64,000 bases of DNA, from NCBI GenBank assembly GCA_038087875.1, contig CM075993.1, forward strand, positions 5,768,001 to 5,832,000, written 5' to 3'. The stretch's first letter is position 1; every line of letters starts with the position of its first letter. Source of the DNA: Malacoraja senta (Eukaryota). Position numbers and translations under genes: made by a program. Below the pieces are notes generated by a model. It had not been told where the DNA came from. It was given only the letters and a program-made list of their open reading frames with translations, and did no database searches. Positions 61,501 to 64,000 of this stretch are shown here, piece by piece.

Positions 61501-63900
61501 CGCGCCGGGCGATGCAAGGCCCCGTAGGAAATAATACGATTTTAAATACAGCAAGATTAGGGATCTTAAAAAAGTTTGAGTTTGTTATGTAAATACTCTC
61601 CATTTATCTAGTTGGGAAGAATAGGAGGATTTGTCATAATAGATTTCTGTGAGCTACATTTGAGGGGAAAATATGCATTAACTGAACCAGAATGGCACCC
61701 ACAGAAAGGAAAACGATGCAATGACCCTTTTATTGAAAATGGAGAAAGCTGGGAGGAGTTTAACTATTTTAAAAGAACAAAAGATAATTATTTTGTATCT
61801 GGATATTCTGTCTGAAAAGCAGAGTCAAAAGCAACTTTCAAAAAAATGTACCTGGTTTAATATTTCTGGGTAATGGGAAAAGCAGGGAAATTGAGCTAAT
61901 TGGAAAGCTCTCAAAGAAGCAGCACAAGCATGATGGACCAAATGGCCTTGTGTACTTTTACAAATTACTCATCACAAAAAGCAAGGCTGTGAATGTCATA
62001 CCTTACGGAACAGCCTCTGGCTCCCTCCCCCTGCCGACACAGGGTAGTAAATGTACACATTATGGTCTTCTGCACTCACGGGTTTCTCAACAAAAGGCTT
62101 CTGGAAGATTTCTCCGTTCACTTCTACGTGATCATCTCCTTCCACCAGGCTACACTCTGCGCAGGTTAAGAAAACACAGGACACAGGATTTATTTGTCTG
62201 TGGTTTTGACTTTTAATCAATCCTTAACATTAACAGGCAGAGGAAGCTGATTTGCCCATCAAACATGCCTCACTCAGTGACAGGTTACTTGTGACTGGAC
62301 CGCTCTCCAACCCCCGCCATTGTCGTGTAATCTTCCCTGCGAGTCAAAGAGGGGGCAAGAACCAAATCCAGCTTTTGATTTCCAAACAAACAGGAAAAGG
62401 TTATTCTAAAAGGTGGCTCAGCACTTCAACTCCCCCTCCCATTCCGTATCTGACCTCTCTGTCCTGGGTCTCATCCATGGCCACAGCGAACAACACCAGA
62501 AATTGGAGGAAATGCACCTCATATTCCGCTTGGGCAGTCTACACCCTGGGGGCATGAACATTGAATTCTCCCAACTCTGCTAGCCCTTGCTGTCCCCTCC
62601 CCTTCATCAGCCCTCTGGTTGTCTCCTCCCACCCCCCAGCCCTCAGGCTCCTCCTCCGCCTTTTTTCCTTTCTTCTCCCCACCCCTTATCAGTCTGAAGA
62701 AGGGTTTCGGCCCGAAACGTTGCCTCTTTCCTTCGCTCCATAGATGCTGCTGCACCCGCTGAGTTTCTCCAGCATTTTTGTGTACCAAAGGTTATTCTAT
62801 GTTTTTCAATTTTAGCATTCAGAGAAAGATTGCTAATATTGCAAGTCTTTATATCAAGACTAGTCCAAAGGCTTCATCTACTGCATCCGGTGGTCCCGAT
62901 GGGTAAGACCAAGCATAGAATCAATTATCATTGCGCCAAACACTTGGTTAGCCCAGGTCCACTGAATCTCCCAGGTGCTAACCATTTTAAATCCTCTGCC
63001 CATTCCCATACTGACTTCTGTCCTAGGCCTCCTCCATTACCAGAGTGAAGCCAATTGCGCTTGGATAGCTTACAAACCAACGGTATGAACATTGAATTAT
63101 CTTATTTTAGGAAACTTAAACTCCCCCTCCCTTCCCACCTCTACCCCTTTCTTCCCCCACCAATAGATCTTAAAATTAACATAGATTTACAAATCATTTG
63201 GATCATAGAATTGAAAAGTTTGTAACTGGGCACCCTAAATTATTGCCAACAGTTTGTTAAAACAAAAGATGTTAAAATCATTGTTCAAGCAAAACCCAGA
63301 AAATAATTACACCAAGGTAACACAGTGGCACAGCTGGTGCCTCACAGAGCCAGAGATCCGGGTTCAATCTTGAGCTCAGGTGCTGCATGTGTGGAGTTTG
63401 CACATTCTCTCCATGACACTGTGGGTTTCCTCTGGGAGCTCCGGTTTCAACTCACATCCCAAAGATGTGTGGGCTTACAGGTTAATATCCCTCTGTAAAA
63501 AAAAACCCTAGTGTGTAGGGAGTGGATGAGAAAGAAGGATTACATAGAACTAGTGTAAATGGGCGATCGATTGTTGGCATGGACTCGACGGGCCTGGTCC
63601 CAAGCTGCATCTCCAAACTAAAACATTATATTCATCGATTTTTAAAAGACATAACGTAACATTTCTGCTCTCATGTAGGTTTGAAAACACCACAATTTAA
63701 AAATAAATCAGATCAAAAAGAAACAAACAGGTTGAACTGGGCAGCAACATTGCAAAGTTAACCAGACAAATCACAAGAGCCTTGCAATTTCACTTTGTAG
63801 ACAACAATACCAACCATCAGGTCGGTCCGGATCACGATTTAACACTGCGTAACGAGGAAGATCTATTCCTTCTTCCTGCAAAATTCGATAGACTTCTCTC
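1119..63900 (-). CDS. PPIP5K1: PPIP5K1-like inositol hexakisphosphate/diphosphoinositol-pentakisphosphate kinase (partial; 21 internal exons, both ends outside the window)
   Basis: Spliced exons give one continuous frame: ATP-grasp kinase region, RHGDRTP phosphatase motif, then the start of the C-terminal IDR. Segments [39 protein letters not shown] and GSMEVLSE...KQSGLG match recalled PPIP5K1 better than PPIP5K2. Confidence 0.9.
1401..1698 (+). mobile_element. HE1-type V-SINE, full length
   Basis: tRNA-like head with B box GGTTCGATCC, V-domain GGAGTTTG..GTTCTCCC..GGGTTTTCC..TTTCCTCCCACA, CR1-like tail ending CTCTAAA. Confidence 0.85.
1926..2335. mobile_element. Harbinger-like MITE, subfamily A
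   Basis: TIR AGGGCCTGTCCCACTTGG; TTA/TTA target duplication; CpG-rich interior. Confidence 0.8.
2411..3520 (-). mobile_element. HE1 V-SINE split by a nested CR1 fragment, itself split by an inverted CR1 tail
   Basis: SINE halves 2411-2614 and 3395-3520 with GGAAAC duplicated; CR1(+) 2615-2895 and 3253-3394; CR1(-) about 2896-3252. Confidence 0.75.
5100..6180 (+). mobile_element. Old degenerate CR1/L2-group LINE 3' portion, interrupted by a Penelope mini-element (about 5800-5920)
   Basis: Remnant QFGF-like RT DNA near 5465-5490 and a CACCACCACCTT..AAGGGCA..GGGCCATAAATG tail; boundaries approximate. Confidence 0.5.
6273..6575. mobile_element. Harbinger-like MITE, subfamily B
   Basis: TIR AGGGCCTGTCCCACTGTACGAGGTAATTCAAGAG; flanks TAA/TTA. 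Confidence 0.8.
7424..7633 (-). mobile_element. CR1 3' tail (young family)
   Basis: Nearly identical to 10224-10438; related to the 27034 and 46551 copies. Confidence 0.8.
8419..8512 (+). mobile_element. Penelope pLTR-derived mini-element with hammerhead-like core
   Basis: CTGAAGA-ATGGTCTCGACCC-GAAACGTC; 9-bp TSD CCCACCATA (8410-8418, 8513-8521). Confidence 0.7.
8945..9334 (+). mobile_element. Rex1/Babar-type LINE 3' end nested in a CR1 fragment
   Basis: [20 protein letters not shown]...[20 protein letters not shown], (TAT)n tail; minus-strand CR1 sequence on both sides. Confidence 0.7.
10098..10612 (+). mobile_element. HE1 V-SINE interrupted by a minus-strand CR1 tail (10224-10438)
   Basis: SINE head and tail resume across the insert, with AGCT duplicated. 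Confidence 0.75.
10734..10901 (-). CDS. PPIP5K1: PPIP5K1 exon ([18 protein letters not shown]...[15 protein letters not shown]), 168 nt, IDR
   Basis: tag/gtaaat; resembles recalled PPIP5K1 NEEMKTNQGSMENL...RKAGSME. Confidence 0.9.
11209..12424 (+). mobile_element. CR1 LINE, degenerate RT and 3' end
   Basis: [40 protein letters not shown]; multiple stops and frameshifts. Confidence 0.9.
13338..13454 (-). CDS. PPIP5K1: PPIP5K1 exon ([39 protein letters not shown]), 117 nt
   Basis: cag/gtaagt. Confidence 0.95.
15199..15770 (+). mobile_element. Penelope-like element 3' part: GIY-YIG endonuclease remnant plus pLTR with hammerhead-like core
   Basis: [10 protein letters not shown]...[21 protein letters not shown]...EEQHLIF.L.SLQPSG; CTGAAGAAGGGTCTCGACCCGAAACGTC at 15640-15667. 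Confidence 0.85.
15975..16082 (-). CDS. PPIP5K1: PPIP5K1 exon ([36 protein letters not shown]), 108 nt
   Basis: tag/gtacaa. Confidence 0.96.
16340..16454 (-). CDS. PPIP5K1: PPIP5K1 exon ([38 protein letters not shown]), 115 nt
   Basis: tag/gtaagt. Confidence 0.96.
17306..17625 (-). mobile_element. HE1 V-SINE
   Basis: Reverse complement of the 1401 family. Confidence 0.8.
18145..18310. mobile_element. Palindromic Penelope pLTR mini-element
   Basis: About 65-bp inverted arms; 15-bp TSD TGTAATGTTCTATGT (18130-18144, 18311-18325). Confidence 0.8.
18378..18568. mobile_element. Harbinger-like MITE, subfamily A
   Basis: TIR AGGGC(T/C)TGTCCCACTTGGGCGTC; TAA/TAA target duplication. Confidence 0.8.
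19220..19347 (-). CDS. PPIP5K1: PPIP5K1 exon ([42 protein letters not shown]), 128 nt
   Basis: tag/gtaagt. Confidence 0.95.
19598..19951 (+). mobile_element. Rex1/Babar LINE 3' fragment
   Basis: [18 protein letters not shown]...[12 protein letters not shown]; same family as 32885-33353. Confidence 0.8.
19981..20706 (-). mobile_element. Tandem (about 1.36 units) of an internally deleted HERO-like non-LTR retroelement
   Basis: About 190-bp direct repeats 19981-20171 and 20514-20706; spacer encodes [13 protein letters not shown]...[18 protein letters not shown] (recalled HERO N-terminus); repeat encodes KMADPW..AGTQVGA* (recalled ORF end). Confidence 0.65.
21655..21930 (+). mobile_element. HE1 V-SINE, degenerate
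   Basis: tRNA head, V-domain and tail recognisable. Confidence 0.7.
22541..22717. mobile_element. Palindromic Penelope pLTR mini-element
   Basis: Inverted arms around GTTTCGGCCCGAAAT; TTCTTCCTT on both flanks. Confidence 0.8.
23143..23558 (-). mobile_element. Penelope mini-element disrupted by a one-ended Harbinger-like MITE (from about 23178)
   Basis: 14-bp TSD GAAGATTGGATTGT (23129-23142, 23559-23572); TIR AGGGGCTGTCCCACTTGGG has no partner. Confidence 0.65.
23911..24091. mobile_element. Palindromic Penelope pLTR mini-element
   Basis: Inverted arms around GTTTCGACCCGAAAC. Confidence 0.8.
24694..24982 (+). mobile_element. HE1 V-SINE
   Basis: GGGCGGCAC head, V-domain, TGTATCTCTAAACTAA tail. 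Confidence 0.85.
25842..26013. mobile_element. Harbinger-like MITE, subfamily B, nested in a CR1 3' fragment (about 25715-26240, minus)
   Basis: TIR AGGGCCTGTCCCACTTTACGAGGTAATTCAC; flanks TTA/TAA. Confidence 0.8.
27034..27658 (-). mobile_element. CR1 LINE, 5'-truncated young copy
   Basis: Open C-terminal ORF ([19 protein letters not shown]), CTATGTTT-type tail, CCTTTCA TSD. Confidence 0.92.
27725..27998 (+). mobile_element. HE1 V-SINE
   Basis: B box GGTTCGATCC and V-domain. Confidence 0.8.
28534..28757 (-). CDS. PPIP5K1: PPIP5K1 exon ([24 protein letters not shown]...[11 protein letters not shown]), 224 nt
   Basis: cag/gtagga; contains [15 protein letters not shown]. Confidence 0.96.
29986..30150 (-). 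mobile_element. Non-autonomous Helitron 3' end
   Basis: Minus strand: hairpin CAGACCC-AGT-GGGTCTG, 8 nt, then CTAG followed by T. Confidence 0.7.
30148..30234. repeat. Compound (AC)/(AT) microsatellite
   Basis: Visible directly. Confidence 0.95.
30380..30521 (-). CDS. PPIP5K1: PPIP5K1 exon ([47 protein letters not shown]), 142 nt
   Basis: cag/gtaaat. Confidence 0.95.
30690..30858 (+). mobile_element. RTE-clade LINE RT remnant
   Basis: [18 protein letters not shown] resembles the RTE G..I.YRTDGKLFNL motif. Confidence 0.55.
30860..31140. mobile_element. LTR-retrotransposon relic: LTR 3' end plus tRNA-Leu PBS, as an inverted pair
   Basis: Minus strand ...TGACA|TGGTGTCAGAAGTGGGAT (31013-30996); inverted copy at 30860-30953. 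Confidence 0.65.
31820..31949 (-). mobile_element. 5'-truncated LINE/SINE with (GAA)n tail (Vingi/RTE-like)
   Basis: 12-bp TSD TAATGTAGAACT (31808-31819, 31950-31961); ends CCATACGCAGGAAGAAGA. Confidence 0.6.
32047..32229 (-). CDS. PPIP5K1: PPIP5K1 exon ([28 protein letters not shown]...FTEEDYKK), 183 nt
   Basis: cag/gtaacc. Confidence 0.96.
32325..32822 (+). mobile_element. Penelope-like element 3' fragment with pLTR
   Basis: Homologous to 15340-15770; core at about 32692-32719. Confidence 0.75.
32885..33353 (+). mobile_element. Rex1/Babar LINE 3' end
   Basis: VVCWGS...RINKLIRK...HPLH...SFF.VAIKLYN; AATAAA and (ATCGT)n tail. Confidence 0.85.
33376..33497 (-). CDS. PPIP5K1: PPIP5K1 exon ([41 protein letters not shown]), 122 nt
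   Basis: cag/gtacgt. Confidence 0.96.
34520..35010 (+). mobile_element. Degenerate Rex1-like LINE 3' end
   Basis: Remnant SIIKDPH.P.H...LLP.GR DNA; TGACAATTAA tail. Confidence 0.6.
36636..36915 (-). mobile_element. HE1 V-SINE
   Basis: Reverse complement of the 1401 family. Confidence 0.85.
37838..38860 (+). mobile_element. Older Penelope-like element (GIY-YIG remnant, 3' UTR, pLTR) with a nested palindromic mini-element (about 38480-38680)
   Basis: [20 protein letters not shown]...LGLLHCQ; imperfect ATCCAC...TCTCATGT duplication around the nested insert. Confidence 0.75.
40088..40478 (-). mobile_element. HE1 V-SINE containing a locally templated insert (40209-40339)
   Basis: SINE sequence resumes on both sides of the insert. 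Confidence 0.8.
41298..41575 (-). mobile_element. HE1 V-SINE
   Basis: Reverse complement of the 1401 family. Confidence 0.8.
42458..42583 (-). CDS. PPIP5K1: PPIP5K1 exon ([42 protein letters not shown]), 126 nt
   Basis: cag/gtacgt. Confidence 0.96.
43240..43323 (+). mobile_element. Penelope pLTR mini-element
   Basis: 15-bp TSD CTTCCACAGAGTTGA (43225-43239, 43324-43338). Confidence 0.75.
43943..44028 (-). CDS. PPIP5K1: PPIP5K1 exon ([28 protein letters not shown]), 86 nt
   Basis: cag/gtatgg. Confidence 0.96.
44393..44502 (-). CDS. PPIP5K1: PPIP5K1 exon ([37 protein letters not shown]), 110 nt
   Basis: cag/gtaagt. Confidence 0.96.
45606..45681 (-). CDS. PPIP5K1: PPIP5K1 exon ([25 protein letters not shown]), 76 nt
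   Basis: tag/gtatg. Confidence 0.95.
46542..48049 (-). mobile_element. CR1 LINE, 1.5-kb 5'-truncated young copy with RT domain
   Basis: [41 protein letters not shown]; one in-frame stop (47286) and one frameshift (about 46840); TSD TCACACCT. Confidence 0.95.
50135..50340 (+). mobile_element. Ancient Deu-domain SINE remnant (SacSINE1/AmnSINE-like)
   Basis: CTCAGG.AGATGTA...TATCTGGTCAT...TGCTGTTT...CCTACATTA.AACAGTGA resembles the recalled Deu-SINE consensus. Confidence 0.5.
51776..52046 (-). mobile_element. Penelope-like element 3' end with pLTR
   Basis: Minus strand [21 protein letters not shown]; core CTGAAGAAGAGTCACGACCTGAAACGTC. Confidence 0.8.
52820..53290 (+). mobile_element. Degenerate Rex1-like LINE 3' end
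   Basis: Remnant IDSIYTTRCL..ASI.KD.FH.GH and [14 protein letters not shown]; ends near an exon donor. Confidence 0.6.
53310..53396 (-). CDS. PPIP5K1: PPIP5K1 exon ([28 protein letters not shown]), 87 nt
   Basis: cag/gttagt; RHGxRxP histidine-phosphatase motif. Confidence 0.96.
54172..55110 (+). mobile_element. L1/Tx1-type LINE, 5'-truncated
   Basis: Open ORF2 C-terminus with C-x2-C...H...C (CDKC..THSFVSC), pyrimidine-rich 3' UTR, AATAAA, A tail, TSD CTCAACTCCA (54162-54171, 55112-55121). Confidence 0.88.
55380..55863 (+). repeat. About 480-bp direct duplication of 53441-53918
   Basis: Near-identical sequence; second copy bounded by the 16-bp repeat CATAAATGATAGAGCA. Confidence 0.92.
56669..56770 (-). 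CDS. PPIP5K1: PPIP5K1 exon ([33 protein letters not shown]), 102 nt
   Basis: cag/gtaagt. Confidence 0.96.
58044..58165 (-). CDS. PPIP5K1: PPIP5K1 exon ([40 protein letters not shown]), 122 nt
   Basis: tag/gtaag; contains the catalytic DVNG motif. Confidence 0.96.
59337..59498 (-). CDS. PPIP5K1: PPIP5K1 exon ([54 protein letters not shown]), 162 nt
   Basis: cag/gttagt. Confidence 0.96.
60475..60638. mobile_element. Degenerate palindromic Penelope mini-element
   Basis: TSD CACTCTCTATT(T/C)ATG (from 60460 and from 60639). Confidence 0.7.
60842..60943 (-). CDS. PPIP5K1: PPIP5K1 exon ([34 protein letters not shown]), 102 nt
   Basis: aag acceptor, gtgctg donor; not in the ORF track, read by hand. 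Confidence 0.95.
62002..62156 (-). CDS. PPIP5K1: PPIP5K1 exon ([52 protein letters not shown]), 155 nt
   Basis: cag/gtatga; kinase domain. Confidence 0.96.
62418..62787 (+). mobile_element. Penelope-like element 3' end with pLTR and hammerhead-like core
   Basis: [50 protein letters not shown] from 62694. Confidence 0.82.
63316..63623 (+). mobile_element. HE1 V-SINE
   Basis: tRNA head, V-domain and tail. Confidence 0.8.
63815..63900 (-). CDS. PPIP5K1: PPIP5K1 exon ([28 protein letters not shown]), 86 nt
   Basis: cag acceptor, gttggt donor; phase fits the next exon. Confidence 0.93.
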
Positions 63901-64000
63901 CTGCAAACATAAAAATAATCCAATTCTAATCCAGAAAACAAACGTTGATGCCTTACGATATTCCATTCACTCTGTACTTCGAATTTAAATGCAAATATAA

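Overview
Vertebrate genomic DNA, most likely an elasmobranch (skate/ray/shark), inferred from HE1-type V-SINEs paired with CR1/HER1-like LINE tails. The whole window lies inside one minus-strand gene, a PPIP5K1 (VIP1-family diphosphoinositol-pentakisphosphate kinase/phosphatase) orthologue. I traced 21 internal coding exons (63900->1119; 2615 nt, about 871 codons), all with GT-AG boundaries and consistent phases; the first and last exons lie outside the window. The introns are dense with repeats: CR1, L1/Tx1, Rex1/Babar, RTE, Vingi-like and HERO non-LTR fragments, Penelope-like elements with hammerhead-like cores, V-SINEs, Harbinger-like MITEs, a Helitron 3' end and an LTR/PBS fold-back. The most unusual items are (1) a head-to-tail tandem of an internally deleted HERO-like retroelement whose 3' UTR carries hammerhead ribozyme segments in a non-circularly-permuted order, (2) many Penelope-derived mini-elements and palindromes centred on a minimal hammerhead motif, and (3) two locally templated intronic insertions, each copied from about 2 kb away in the same intron. 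All family assignments come from motif recognition by eye; no database search was run.
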